Below, in pieces: positions 13,795 to 28,597 of a stretch of 64,000 nucleotides of DNA. The DNA is from Proteromonas lacertae (lineage: Eukaryota), in NCBI GenBank assembly GCA_002245135.1, contig NGBS01000584.1:1-64000 (forward strand). The letters run 5' to 3'. Under the pieces are notes generated by a model. It searched no databases, had not been told where the DNA came from, and saw nothing but the letters and a program-made list of their open reading frames with translations. The position numbers and the translations under genes were made by a program. How positions within the stretch are numbered: the stretch's first letter is position 1; each line of letters opens with the position of its first letter.

Positions 13795-16700
13795 GATAGT
13801 GTCTATATCAAAGTCCTTCATTGTTGGTATTTTTACATCAGTTAAAGTCCCATCAATTAATCGATGTTCATTTTCTCTATCTATTTCTTCATTTCGTAAT
13901 AATCCACCTACTTCCACTGGAGTTTCTTCTAATAATTCACCTAATGTAATGTTATCCAGTGTTTGTAGTAAAACTGCACTATCATATACATTATTATGAG
14001 GATTTTCATTACCATCTATTATCTCTTGTTGTTGCTGTTGTTGTTGTAATAATTCCATTTCTGTTGATTTATCACTATTACCATTAATTAAAGAGAAGAA
14101 ATCAAAGAAGAATAATTCATTCTGTTTGTTTTCATCAATGAAACTTAATAGTTTATAAGCATTCTTCTGGATATGTTGGAATTTATCATATAATGACTTA
14201 TAGCTTTGAGGTTTATTTCCACTTAATAATTCAATAATTATAACTACCAAATGACCAGGTATCAGTTCTACGGGAAGGAGTCATTGTATTCTTTGGGTTT
14301 TTCAAATATTTAAATAATTCAGGTGACATATATTGATTATTTTCATCATAATTCAAATCTAAACCATCTAATATCAATCTTTCTTTAAATTCACTTTCAT
14401 TATCACCAATTGGAACAGTTGAGTATAAATTGGATATTTTCAATGTAGAACCATCCGGTGATATTAATATATCCTTAGGAGAGAGTGAACATAAGGCAAA
14501 TCCAATATCTGTAGTGGTATGTTTATGATGTAAGAAGATAATAGCATCATATAATTGATTTAACCATAATTTTAATATCATAAAACCAGCTTCACCAGTC
14601 AATCTTCCATGTCTTGCTAAATAATAATCTAAAGACTTCCATCCATTTAAATTCTCAGAAACATGGTATTGTTCATCGATCTCCACATCTTCTCCTTCTT
14701 TAATAACACACTGTGGAAAATGTCTTATATAATATGGATTATTGACTATCTTAGCATATACTTTAAGTAATATATCTCTATGTCTTGGAGTATTACCTAA
14801 CACTTTACCTATTGAAATACATACACTTTCACCTTCATCTAAATCAGCTTGATTATAACTACCCCAACCTGAATAACTAATGAAGTTATTACTACATCTA
14901 TCAGCTATTACATTATCTCTGAATATTTGGCATATTAAGATATTATGAGATGGTGTTAAATAGGATGGGAATAATAAAGATCTATTTTCATCTGTTTTAT
15001 TTTTATTGTGTAATAATAAAGTATTGGATATATATTGACTTAATATATTAATGACTCTCTTTTGTGTATGTGATAATAACACATTAATAGAAGATCCAAT
15101 AATATCTAATTTCTTTAACCATCTTCTTGATTTGATCATTTGTATATATCTTTGTATTCCAGACATATTGTCATTAGTATCAATCTTACCATCTCCTGTC
15201 CAATCAATATATGGAGGTGAAACGGCTATATTTTCTCTTTGTTCTTCAATATCATCCATTAGTTTATTCTGTGCTCTGATTATTCTATTCTTTGGATCTA
15301 ATTCTCCTATTAATTTAACAAAGAAACTTTCAGTTATAGGAGAATCCTAAGATTGGATCATCATCTTCCTCTTCTTCTTTGTTTTCCTCACTTTTCCTCT
15401 TCTGATTCTTCTTAACTAAAAACTGTTTGCAGAATTCTAAGAATTCAGGATATGTCTGATTTGGTGGAGATAATAATCCATATTTCTTAATTACCCAATA
15501 TGCCTTCAGTAGGAGCTAAACTTCTAGAATGTACAGATTCAACTGCTCTTTTCAAATCTTTCCATGTTAATACTATTGAATAATCTGGTAAAGTATTATA
15601 ACCTAATATATCTCTTTCTATACCATTATCTCTTCTTCTATCACCACATAAACATGTTAAAAATGGGATTGTTAATGGATTTAATTCTGTTTTTATTCCT
15701 GTTAAGAAGATTGGAACTGATACTTTACCCATTGTTGATGCTTCTGATGCAAACTGAATCTTTGCTGATTGCATGATTGGAGGTAAATTCACATCCCAAT
15801 GTAATGGTAATCTAATAACATATTGGAATATAAGTTTTGGTATAACATTCTCATTATTTTGATCGATTTGAGGATTTAAACAGGAGGCTCGAAGGTTTGT
15901 ACCTACTCTTTTCATTAATTTCAATTGTAATTCATCTTCTTGTCTGATTTGACTCAATGCTATTGATACTCGACTGCGATATTGTTGGAATTTATTCTGG
16001 AAGTATATTTTATAAGTTTCTCTTGCTCTTTTCTTTGTTACTATTGATAATGGCACATCATAATCCATTGCTTTTACTCTGATATTAATTCGGCCAATTG
16101 AAAATGATAATATCGATTTACTACCATCTTCTCTTATTATTTCAGTTATTAGTAAATCTAAAGCATCGTAATGTTGAGAAACGACATTATCTTCATCTAA
16201 ATTGGATGATAAATAGGAACTTTTAATCAAAACAGGCGATCCTACACGTATTAAGGCAGGATCTAATACTTTATTTAAATCATCATCAAATGTAGAACGT
16301 AATGAATCAATTGGTACATTTTCAGTTTTATTCATATTATCATAAGCTACATCAACTCTTCCATTATTAATATTACTAATTACAATACCATGATATAATC
16401 TAAATTCATTATTAAACCTCTCTATCTCTTTACCTTCTAATGAACATATATTATTTGGACCATCTCCTTGACAATAAAACAGTGAGAAATGGACAATTGG
16501 ATTACTTAATATATGCAATATATCATCATATGTTAAAGATAATATACCTTCCTTCGTAAGTCTATGTTTCAATTGTCTTAGATTATCATAATCATTACTA
16601 CCTCCAAATAATATTCTTTTTACTTTATGTCTTTCAGCTAATATCTTTTGTAATGCGCTTATATCATTGCCAGTTTGGATTGAATTTAATTGTTCTTCTA

Positions 16701-19700
16701 GGAATGATTCATTATCTCTTAATGTGATATAAGATACATCAAAATGATCAATTGATATATCGAATAATGTACCATCATCCATTAGGTAAATATAACCAAA
16801 ACATTTTGGCTACAACACCCCCATTTTCAACCTTCAATTGTTCTTCAATTTCCTTTGATTTTGCAATCATATTCTTATCAGCAAAAACAGGACAACTTAA
16901 TGAAGAACACTGTAAATAAGAACTATTTATTAAATTAGCAAATCTTATATTATTATTATCTCTATTATTATTCAATTCTATAATTAAACACTCATTATAA
17001 GGTGTAGTAGATTCAGTCCATTGATCTTTAGGTAATTGATATTTGCCAGTTCCAAGTCGAATATGTGAAATAGATGCAGGATGAGTTAAACGATACTTAC
17101 AAGCCATTGGATCCCACAGTCGAATAGTTCCATCTCTACTGGATGATACAATCAGTCTTGATTCTTTTAGATAAGATATACCAGTAATCTCTGATTTATG
17201 TCCTTTTAATACTTTCTTAAATGAGACTTTGAATGTTTCATTTCCTTCCATTGATTGAGATGATAATTCTTTTATAAAGTCTTTATATTTGAATCTATTA
17301 CTATTACTAAATAATTTGAATATGAATATAATATCAACATCATCAATATTCAGATTAATTCCTTCTTTTATAATCTTTCTAAACTGATCATAACTAATAA
17401 ATCCTTTGTTATTAATATCAATAATCTGGAAATATCTAGTGAATAAATCCAATGAAGTAACAACAGGATATACTTTAACATTCTGATTCTGTTGAATATC
17501 ATCAAATAAAGGCAAATCTAATCGATATTTCCATATATCTCTTTCTTTCTCACCACTTGTATATCTTACATCAACTAAATCATTCTTATGGTAATATCTA
17601 GTAACCATTCCTTCCTTAGGTTTAGAGTCATGAAAATCAGAAAATAATAATAGCAATTTCTTTAATAGTATATTCCATTTCTCATTTTTACTAATTGTTA
17701 TATTGTTCTTACCTTGTTCATCTTCATCTTCATCTAAATACAATTTATTCAAATGAATTGAATATATTTCATTAGGAGTCTTATCTTTCTTCAATGATTG
17801 GATGAAATTGATATAATTGATATTTCCATTATGATGTTCATCAAATAATATACATATAAACTCCAAATCATCATCAGCTATCTCTAAATTAATACCTAAT
17901 CTCAATATATTCTGAAATTCAAATGTTTGAATCAATCCATTATTCTCATAATCCATTGTATGAAGTAAATGTATTAATATATTCATACTAGGGAATATTG
18001 GATAGATTGAAACTGGAGTATCTTCAGTTAAATATTGTCTTTTATTCTCAGGTAAATTGATTCTTCCTTTCCATATTCCAGTTTCTTTATCATATTTATC
18101 ATTATATTGTACATCGATATAATCATATGGATATGTTTTAGTTATAATACCTGACTTTGGATTTTCACTTAGTTTTGTATTACTACTACTTCTATTGAAT
18201 TGATTGACTATTGATTTCTTTATTTCATTCCATCTTTCACTAGCTTCTGTTGCTTTTGAATGTTTTGATCTTATATCTTCATAGAATTTCTTTCGTTGTA
18301 TAATCTCTAATTTCCAAAACAATTCTTCTCCTAAATCCCACACCCTAACTGTCGTATCTTTACCTCTTCCACCACTTAATAAACACTTCGATTCTTTACA
18401 ATAATAGAGAATAGGAGAATAACTATAATGACCATGTAATTCGCAGATAATATCACCAGATAATACATTCATACCAAATATAATAGAACTACCAACAATA
18501 GTAACAAAGCAGAGTGAATAATCATGTAAATAAGTGAAATTATCAATATAACCAACACTGGATAATGTGTTATTTTTAGTATTTTCATTCTGAGGATTCC
18601 AATCTTTATTTTGTTTAGATATTGATATTAGTTTTTGTAAATCGCATTTTATTGTGTGTATTTTATTACATAAGATTGGTTCAACAAATATCAATTCTCC
18701 TGATAGGAATGTTGTGTTTATGATTGAGATACCTGTTATTCTATCACATTCTAATATCTGTAATTTTGGATAATAATCTGTTAATAACATTTGTCTATTA
18801 AATGAATTGATGTTTGTGTTTTTATTAATAAATCTTAATGATGATTGTAATAATCCTTTTATACCATCATATTGTTCTAATACTCCATCATTTCTAATAA
18901 CCAATAATCTTCCAGAGTTTTCTTGGGGTTTTATTTCATATATTTCTACATCAGATGATATTAATTCAGTTGGTGTTTGACAGAATACAATATCAAATAC
19001 ATTACGAGGTTTTAATAATGATAAATATTCACTTAATGATAGGGAAGTACTTACATTTCTATTCCTCTTCTTCTTTTCAGTTGTTGTTGTTGTTGTTGTT
19101 GTTGTTAATTCATTACTACTCAACATATTACTGGATGTATTAGATAAAGGTTTCATTGTGAAATTAAACGATTGGCCATTTGTATTACTCTCAGCAGCTT
19201 TCAATATAAAGTTCACAAATTCAGCAAATGAAATAGTTCCACTACCATCTGTATCTATTTCAGCAAACCATTTCTTTAAATTATCATTAGAAGCAGCAAC
19301 ACCATCTATTTCCCAGAATATTGTGTTTAATTCATCTAATTTTATTTCTCCAGTTCCATTTATATCATATTGATTGAATATTTTTCTTATTTTTATCACA
19401 TCTTCATCTTTCAATATACTAGCCCAAGGTTCTTTTCTCCAACCACCATTTATCTCATTATCTTCTTGTTTTTCTATTGTATTACCATCAGTACCATATC
19501 TGAAATAATAGATAAATTCACTCCATGTTATTGTGTCTTTGATTTCTTCCAAAGTCTGTAGTTTATCTTCAAATATATTCATATCTAATTTCATACCAAA
19601 TGGATGAGATGACACAATTGGTAATATAAATGGATGATTTAATAATGCTTTTGTATATTCCTTTGTTTTGACATATCCTCTTCCTTCCACATCACATTCA

Positions 19701-22700
19701 TCAAATATTTGTCTTAAATCATTCAATCTAAAGCCTTCTTGAAATGCCCAAACTGTTTTGTTGTGAAATATTAACAATCTTCCAAACTTATTATAGAACA
19801 CATAACCACAGTTTACATCTACTCCTCTTGGGAAGTTATATTTAAATATTTCTTTATAATAGAAACAACTCTTATTGATTGGCCTTCTTTGATATTCATA
19901 TTGTGTTAATCTTGAAGCAATAATCTCTTGAGCATGATCACAACTTTTATCAATCAAATCTAATAACAAATCTCTACAAAACTCAGATACTTTCTTCTTA
20001 TAGAATCTCTTCTTCTCTTTCTTGGTTGCTTTTAATGTAACTACTTTCACTCCAGCTCTATGATTCATTTGTAATGGAGCATCAATAATAAACGGATCAA
20101 TTTCAACTACAAACTTTGTCTCACATCTTGGAGGATTTCCTATCAATATCTTATCATCTCTATCAAAACCTGCTGTTGATACTAATTGTAGTGTATAACT
20201 ACCAGACTTTGCTTCTTTCAATAATGTGGTTGTACCTACTACATCAGCTTGATTCTTTATATCATATACTTGTACAGCTGCTGTTGTTGTCAATAGTTTA
20301 GTTAATGGAGTTTGATATGTTCTATTTCTCATTGGCGGAGGTGGTTCTTGAAATCTCTTTTCTAAACCAGTAATTCTTTCGACTTTACTGGCTAATGTTT
20401 TGGTTCTTTTTTGATCTTTTTCATTCATTCTGTTGATTGTCACTATATCTTTTGGTTCAAGAGCTTGAAATAAATCTTGTTTCAATTCTGCTATTGTTTG
20501 AGTCAATTCTTTAATTTGTGAATCTTTCTGTTGTATTTTCTTTTCTATATTTCTTGGTACTTTACTCTTTGCAGGTAATCTCATCTTTTCTAATTCAGGA
20601 GTTGGTTTATAAGTTGATGAAGTTGATGGTTTTATAGGAATATTATTCCTTCCTTTCATATTCTTATTCACTGGTACTGCTTCAGTCTGTGTTGATTGTT
20701 GTTTTAATTCAGTATAAGGATTAGGTAATGTTGACATTAATAATGAACTATTGATATTATTATCAACTGGTGGTTCTACATAATAATCATTCTTAGATTC
20801 TTGCCTATCTTCAAATACTATGTGTTTGGTTGGTGATTTTCTAGTTGGACTATTAATTGGACTAACTCTTCCAATAGTTGTAGCTTTACTATTAGTTCTA
20901 GCTGAAGTATTTACTTTTATATTTGGTCTTGCAGTTGTGGTGGTTTTTGTTGTATTTGTTGGAATTCCTACTCCATTTCTTAATGATTGCAATTGTTCTT
21001 CTTTACTTAATACTTCTTTATACTCTTCAATTTTATGATTAATTTCAACTAAACGCTTATTCAATAATAGTTTAGTTGATTCGGGTAATACATTCATTGT
21101 AAAGGCTTTTTGATCATGAAATGATTCAGTTCCTTGTAAGATAAAACATTTTCCATCAAAATGAAATCCAATTGATTGAATCAATAGATTCTTCTTGTCA
21201 AATTTTAAAAAGGTAAACACTTTTGATCTAGCAGTTAATTTCCACCTCTTATATTGATTTTGATTTAATAATATTCCATCCATCACCTGTTTCAACTGAA
21301 TTAATCCATCATATATTACCTGAATCGGTATATTATTATTCTCAAAGTCTTTAACAATTGTAATAATACTTGTACTACCTTCTAACAGTGTAATTTCACT
21401 ATCAATTTGATCAACTATCGTCTTTAGTCTATTGCACACATTCTCTGATAATCTATCATATTTATGATGATTTACATCTTCAGAATCAGCTAATATATAA
21501 GGTGTAGTTAGTTCATCTTTTAATCTACGATATCCAACAGCTTCTAATAACTCTTTTGCACCAATATATTTCAATATATATGAGATTGTATCTTCTACTG
21601 GATGGATATTCCATAATTTCATATTTGATGGATTTTGTATCATATCTTGTACTTGATTCTTCACTACTTTTAATATTTCTAACACTTTTGCTGGTTCATT
21701 TGAATATTTTAATACAGATACTGCACTTGCGACAGTATGTCTTTGTTCTTCCATAAAATAGCCAAATCGATCTAAGAATTCTAAGTAGGAAAATGGTTGG
21801 TCTCTTTTATAAACATAAAATATTTCTATTTCTTCTTTTACTTTATCTAAAAATACACTTACTCCAATTCCTTTTAATAATTCAGTGATATTATTTATAT
21901 CAATATATCCACAATTAGTTTTATCATATTTCTTAAAGAGGTTTAAACTATTGTGAATTATTTTTACTACTGAATTTGGCCTTCCAGCACATAATCTTCT
22001 TAATAAAATCATATAATTCTGTTTTGTAGGTTTCCAATCACCTTCACTTAATATTTGTGCAGCTATCTTGGATATTGGTTGTATATTTATATCTAAATCT
22101 CTCACTTCTTTAGTATTAATAACAGATAGTGATGATGCTTTAATAACACCTTTATTTGATTGACCATAATACATTTTAAAGTATAAAAAACAAAAATCAG
22201 ATAAGATTATATTATCACCAAAATACTTCATTCTATATTGGTTTATATATTTGTTTATTTCTTTTTCTTCACTTTGTCTACCAACATCACGAAATGATTC
22301 TTCTAATCTATTGATTGGTAATATTAATGAATTGTCATCAGTACTACAGATATGACTACATCTTTTATTAAATATCATCTCTAATTCTTCTATCATTTCA
22401 TTGGTTAGTTTTTTTGACCAATCAGATAGTTTCCATAAATCTGATCGTTGAGATATTAACATACAGAATTCAGGTAATTCAAATACTCTATTATCACGAT
22501 TGTGTAAAAATATTTCCATTGTATCTTTATTCATTCTTAAATTAAAATCATCAAAACATCTTTCCAGAATATCGAGTGTAATTCTATCTTTATCTCTTTC
22601 AATATATTTATTATATACTTCCACACATTGATGAGCTAATTTCAATCCAAATCTTATCTCTAATATTCCTAAATTTTCTACTTTCTTTGTAGGTGATGAT

Positions 22701-23718
22701 ACTTTTTCTTCAGTTACTTTACTCTCTGTTTTAGGTGTTGAAGTTGCAGAAGTTGTAGTGGTTGTTGTTGTTGTTGTTGATATTGATGGTGGAGATGATG
22801 GTTTGGTATTTGGTGAGAAACTAACTCTCCTTGTCTCTAGAGCTTTTGAAAATAATCTATCATATGTATTAGTTTGAGATGGTTTAACTCCTGATTTAGA
22901 TTCTTCTTCTTCTTTTGGTTTTTCTGATGGTTTTGTTTCTTCTTTTCCTTCTGCTATAATTGGTTTTGGTCTTACTACAGGTTTGGATTCTGTCTTTGAC
23001 TCTGATAACTGTGGCTTTTCATTAAATATATCTCTTTCAATTGGTTTTGGTTCTGTTTTTGATTCTGATGGTTGAATTGGTCTAATTGGTCTATCTGCTG
23101 GTTTTATTTCTTCTCTAAGATGATCTGATTCTTTTGTCTCAATGGGAGCTCTTGGCCGAGTAGACGTAGTTGGATGAGGTGGTGATAATTGTTTAGATTC
23201 TGAAAAAGGAGTAGTTGATGATGGTCGAGGAGATGTTCTTGATGGATAAGCAGAACTACGAGTAGTTGGAGGTTGAAGATCTGCTTTTGTTTCTGATTTT
23301 GATTCACTTAAAGATTGTATAGTAGATCTAGGTGGAGGTTGATTTATTGTTCTAGAAGGTGGATGACTAGATAATCTAGTAGATGGCTCATTGTGTGCTG
23401 CTTTAGATTCTTGTAGATGTGTTGTAACAGGATTTAATGTGGTTCTAGAATAAGTAGGAAGTGGAGCTCCACCTTTTGACTCTGATAAACCTGGATCAGC
23501 TTTGGAATCCATACTTGGAACAGTCCTTGATAACTGAGGTTGAATTGGTCTTGACAAAGGTTGTCTTGGTGAAATTCTTGGTGATCTCCCTTGAAGCATG
23601 CTTCCTTCTCTTCCAGAACTTGTCCTAACAGGATTCAAACTCCTCCTACATAATAACACAGTAGTTTATACATTCTCGGTGATATACTTATCCCTTCTTC
23701 ATTGTCAAGTCGTGGCAT
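8863..23718 (-). CDS. Giant multidomain protein (~4,800 aa): Pro/Ser-rich N-terminus, EF-hands, PUB-like, coiled coil, WD40, pseudokinase, helical/ARM-like region, C-terminal EF-hand-like
   Basis: ATG 23718 plus a 26-nt intron joins ORF 16775-23659. Later ORFs join by single-base frame breaks (~16805, ~15503, ~15346, ~14248) and GT-AG introns (e.g. 10922-10949). Motifs: DINGTGEIKLDEL, DTDGSGTISFAEF, LKGHKSEITG...RDGTIRLWD, LSPKDILI...YMSPE...DTWSFG. Confidence 0.6.
13735..13793. repeat. (AAT)n microsatellite coding poly-Asn
   Basis: About 19-20 perfect ATT units on the + strand, read as an N run in the minus-strand ORF. Confidence 0.95.
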
Positions 23719-23857
23719 TTATTTCTAAATTTCTAAATGTAATAAAATATGTGTATGATTCAAAAGGGAGTGAAAAATAAATTTGAAAAAGGCTTGATGG
23801 CTTGATTGTTTATATTTTCATTTTTCTCAATAAATAAAGTAAATATGAATTAAATAA

Positions 23858-24407
23858 TTACTTTCTTTTCTTATTTACACGTTTACCTTTCTTTTTGCCT
23901 TCATTAATTTCTGGTAATCTAGCTAATTCACTTAATCTCTTTCTCTCCTTTTCTTCCTCTTCTCTTTTCTTTCTGATTATTTCATTGTGTTGATTTTGAG
24001 CAACTGAATGATTTACTAAAGATTTAATGTTATAGCCTTTAAAAACATCAATCTCTTTCAAATCACTTTCAACACTATTAATTTCATTATCTGTAACTTT
24101 ATCAATGTTTTTATCATCTTTGCCTAAGCATGGTAAACTCATAGCATTAGAACTATCCATTCTTTGTTGCTGTTTAATCACTGTCTTAATCTGTTGATTC
24201 TTCATTTCATTACCTTTATTCTTTCCATTATTGTTGTTGTTATTTTTATTAACACTTAAGAATCTTACTATATTATCACTAACATCTTGTTCATTTTTAT
24301 TAATTAACACTCTTTGACCAACATTAATACTCTTTGGATCAGATAATAAATCAGTTCGAGGGAAAAGTCTTCTTTTTCTCTGTGGAGCTGGTGGAATTGG
24401 TTTATTC

Positions 24408-24441
<34 letters not shown>

Positions 24442-25970
24442 TTCCCATACTTTTACTAATCATTTGTTCTAATCTAATTTTATAATCTGGAGTTGTTTCT
24501 AAATCTTCAAATGATGGTTCTTCTACAACTGATGTTGTTGATTCTCTTTTTGGTTGTTTTTCATTATTGTTGTTATTATTTGAATGTGTTTCTTCTTCAG
24601 TCTCTTGTCTTGTATCAACTGTTGTTTTATCATCATAATCATTTTCTTCACCTTCATCATCATCATCACTTCCATTCATTCCTTCACTTAGTAAATTGGA
24701 TGGAATATCAAAAAATTCATCATCTTTATTCATTCCAATTTTTAATCCCCAACCACTATTCTTTAATCTCATAATGAATATTCTTCCTGATTTGTTGTTT
24801 CTTTGTAATAATTCATCAATTTTTATTTTCAATATTTCGTAATTCTTCACTTTTATTAATGCTGTTCCTTTTTCTCCAACAATATCTTGTATTATTTTCT
24901 CAATATCTGCATTTCTAACCATTAAATAAGACAAACAATCAATAATTGTTTTTACAGAATCTTCATCATTGTGATACACAAAACCTAATGCAATTAAACA
25001 TGTGATAATCTGATCATTTATTAATTTATCAAGTAATTCTGGCTTTCTAGAACATTCTAATTGAATATAATAAATTACACCTAAATATCTTTCATTTAAT
25101 ATATCTAAATTAATTGGATTATAATATATTTCAAGATCATATAAATATTTGTGAATATTATGGTATATTAGATCAACTGTATCTGTAGATGTGATTATAT
25201 CTAACAACTCACTAATCAAATGACTAATTTCTGTATTCTCAAATTGAAATAATTGAATTATTGGCTCTATTAATGCTTCACCATTTAAATCGATGTTATT
25301 CTGTTTAAATTGAAGGAATGTCTGCAAAAGTGTTATATAAGAATCAATTGTTGAATCTTTATCTTTAAATAATTTGATTAACTCATTTTGTAATTTTGAT
25401 TTTTCATCTGGTAATCCTATTGATATATTTATTAATATTTGTTGACATAATCTGGTGATTTTTGTGGTTAAATCATAGAAAATAAGACATTTGCATATTG
25501 GAATGAATATTTCTGATTTTATCAATGCAGTTTTCCATTCTCTACCTCTTTGACATAAATAATTGCATAATTGTAATGATTCACATATTACAACATCATC
25601 AGATATATCTTCTTTCATTATATATACCAACACAGTCAAACCATTACTCTATAAAATAAATAATTAAAAAATATAGTTATACTTCAACGAATGATTTTAA
25701 ATATTCATCACCATTTTTTATAAATAGTTCAATAGCTTGTACCTTTATTATCATCCCTTGTTGTTGTTTGTAAGTAACTTTAAACCAAGATAATACTCTA
25801 GAATAAAACAAATCGGTCATATTTCCAAGTAAATCAAATATTGAAAAGCCTAGTTGGTAGTTATCAATAATAGAAGACAAGATTTCTAATCTATTATAAG
25901 CAGAGCTAGAATCCCACTTTGCAAGAAAACCTTCTGGTGTTTCTACACTTTCAGTGTTCTTCCTTGGCAT
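23858..25970 (-). CDS. ARMH1: Armadillo-like helical domain protein 1 (ARMH1/C1orf228) homolog
   Basis: FLAKWDSSSAYNRLEIL...LFYSRVLSWFKVTY...YLKSFVE|..GLTVLV...ESLQL...GREWK parallels the ARMH1 N-terminus (FLQEWD..R..IL..LFLVRL..RITY..YLIEFLEVGG..ESVKL..GRTYK). One intron near 25649-25682. Confidence 0.7.
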
Positions 25971-26031
25971 TATTTAATAAAAAACAGTTTCAAATAAAAC
26001 TAACCGTTTCACTATTTTTGTTTTTTGAAAA

Positions 26032-27759
26032 ATGGAGCAACCAGCTGATGAAACTAAAACTTCAACAGATCCAAAACCATCAGAAGAAGAAAAGAAGACT
26101 GAGTCTCCACCAATTAATTCTGCTGAACCAAAACCACAATCTTCTGCCAAACCGCCTCCGATTAGAAAACCTGCTACTTCTGAAGATGCTAAAAGTGATG
26201 AATCAAATGATGTATTAATATAACTTCTATTTATATCAATTATTACATAATAGGAGTTACACAATACGCAGATATTAAATAAAAACTACGATGAAGTAGT
26301 AGAACTTGATGAATCATGTGCTCAAAGGTATTATAATATTTACACTAAATATTCGCTATAGCTTTGCGACACCAAGAAATTTGAGTGTTCCAGGAAGTCG
26401 TAAAGCTTCAATAGTTGGAGCAAAAGCTGAAGGTGAAACAAAAAAGAATGATCCTTTAAATCGTTCATATGATGAAACTGTTGAATTAAGTCATGCAGCT
26501 GAATCGTATTAACCTATTTATTTATCATTTATAGAATCGATTCAAGAATAGCTTCACCAGGAAACGATAAACATATCAGAATAGACACAAACAACACTGA
26601 AAAGTATAAAGATAATAATAACAATAATAATATATCACCCAATTCTCATTCTAATAGCAGACAGAACTTAGAAGGAACAGGAGGATCTTTAATAGGAGGA
26701 AATAATACAGGAAAACTAAGTGAAACAAAGACAAGTACTGAAGAAGGATATAATGAAAGTCTTCAAAACACAGCTAATTCAGAATTCGGTTCAACTACAT
26801 TTAGTCAACCACCTAATATATTTAATGAAAGCGGTAATATTAATAATAATAAGAATAATACAGGTGGTGCTAAGAGTAATAAGAGTGGTGGTGCTGGAAG
26901 TATGGGAGATAATGAAAGTAATGATGATATTAATGATAGTGCAGATGATGAAGATGATAAAAGTATATCTTTACCACATGCTTCATCCAGTATAATTATA
27001 TATATATATATATATGTTTATATATATTATAGGTAAAGGATACAATGCTGGTGATTATGCACATTTAAATGTCAATAAAGAGGTAAGAGAATTATTCCAA
27101 TATATTAGTCAGTACAAACCACCAGATTTGACATTAGATGTAAAAATGGTGTGTTTTGTACCTGAATATTTACCATCAATTGGTCAGATTGATACATTTA
27201 TTAAAGTACCTCGTCCTGATGGTAAACCTGATGGTTTGGGCTTGACTCAATTAGATGAACCAGCAACAGTAGAGAGTGATAGAACTGTATTAGAATTACA
27301 ATTAAGAGCAATTAGTAAAAAGAAGAATAATGATCCAATTACTGTATATATACATATATATATTATTATTATGAATAGATTCGTAGTATTGAAAATGCTG
27401 AAAAAAATCCTGAAAGAATACAACAGTGGATTGATTCTGTGATGGATATACATAAAAGTAAGCCAAGTCCTCAAGTTCATTATTCTAAGCCGATGCCTGA
27501 TATGGAAATACTAATGGAGCAATGGTCAACTGATTTTGAAGAGAGTTTAAAGTCAGTTGAATTTCCAAGTAGTGAGATTGACTTGAGTTTGAATGATTAT
27601 AGTCGTTTAGCATGTGCAATAATGGATATTCCAATATATGACAAAAATAATAAAAATAACAGTGTGATTGAAGGCTTGCATTGTTTATTCAGTTTGTATG
27701 AAAGTTATAATGAAATTCCTAATTTTGCTTGTAAGAATCCACCTCATATTTCTGAATAA
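26032..27759 (+). CDS. IFT46: Intraflagellar transport protein 46
   Basis: YNAGDYAHLNVNKEVRELFQYI, FVPEYLPSIGQIDTFIKVPRPD, LGLTQLDEP, VLELQLRA, SIENAEKNP..IQQWI and PMPDMEILMEQW; acidic disordered N-terminus; several short introns. Confidence 0.95.
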
Positions 27760-27873
27760 ATTAGATAATATTAAAATTAATAATATATATACTGTTTCTA
27801 TTTATTAGTGTTGAATATAAGACAATATTATTGAAGTTTGAAAATCTTGTAACAGCTATATTTTTTGGAACGA

Positions 27874-28596
27874 ATGTCTTTTTCAATTTACTCATTAATA
27901 AATCATAATCCAATAACCAAAATAATAAATTCTAATAAAGGGAATAAAATAAGAATATTTTTATCAGTATTATTTTAAATTGATCCAATTTTTTAGGTTT
28001 ATAATAATCTAGTTAGAGTTCTATGCTGTAAGTTGATAGAAGAAGATCAAAAAGTCGAAAAATTAAAATGTGATGTTAGTGATGATGTAATAAAAAGCCA
28101 TGTATGATTTTTCAAATTAATGATATTTATCAATAGATAGAAAAGTTAGGAATAGAAATAGATGATAAAAATCTTTTGGAAAGAATGGTAAACATATTTG
28201 TTTGTGGCAAGATGGAATATGTTGAAGAGACAAAAGAATTACAGTTGTATTATCGATTTGACACAATAACACTCAAATCACCATTACCACTAACACCAAT
28301 AAGTGAAGATGAAAGTCTTATACTTTTGTTTAACGTGAGTGATTTATATGTTAATAAGATAAGTGAAGTTGAAATTGACAAAACATTTCATCCTGTCATT
28401 CGTGAAAGTTCAACTTATCAATCATTAAATTCACAGTATTTCAGTCAAGATGTACCTATTGGCGATGATATTAACTCAAATAAAATTGAAACTACCAGAA
28501 GAGATTTGATAAATCCAACAAGAAAAAAGTATTAAATATATATATTTATAATATTACAAAAATAGGAGAAAATGTGGAGGTTTAAAATTAAAATAA
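27874..28596 (+). CDS. PAXX/XRCC4-superfamily-like protein (tentative)
   Basis: Four exons. The last intron (28529-28565) gives the C-terminus RRDLINPTRKKRKCGGLKLK*, similar to the PAXX Ku-binding tail SLINPGFKSKKPAGGVDF. About 205 aa with a head-like region and a helix. Confidence 0.45.
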
Positions 28597-28597
28597 T

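Noticed and set aside
13691..13999. Poly-Leu ORF and similar short antisense ORFs (9608, 15051, 20820, 24493, 29438, 35493, 41165, 45081, 55820, 62837)
   Set aside because: They are shadows of real opposite-strand genes and their trinucleotide repeats.
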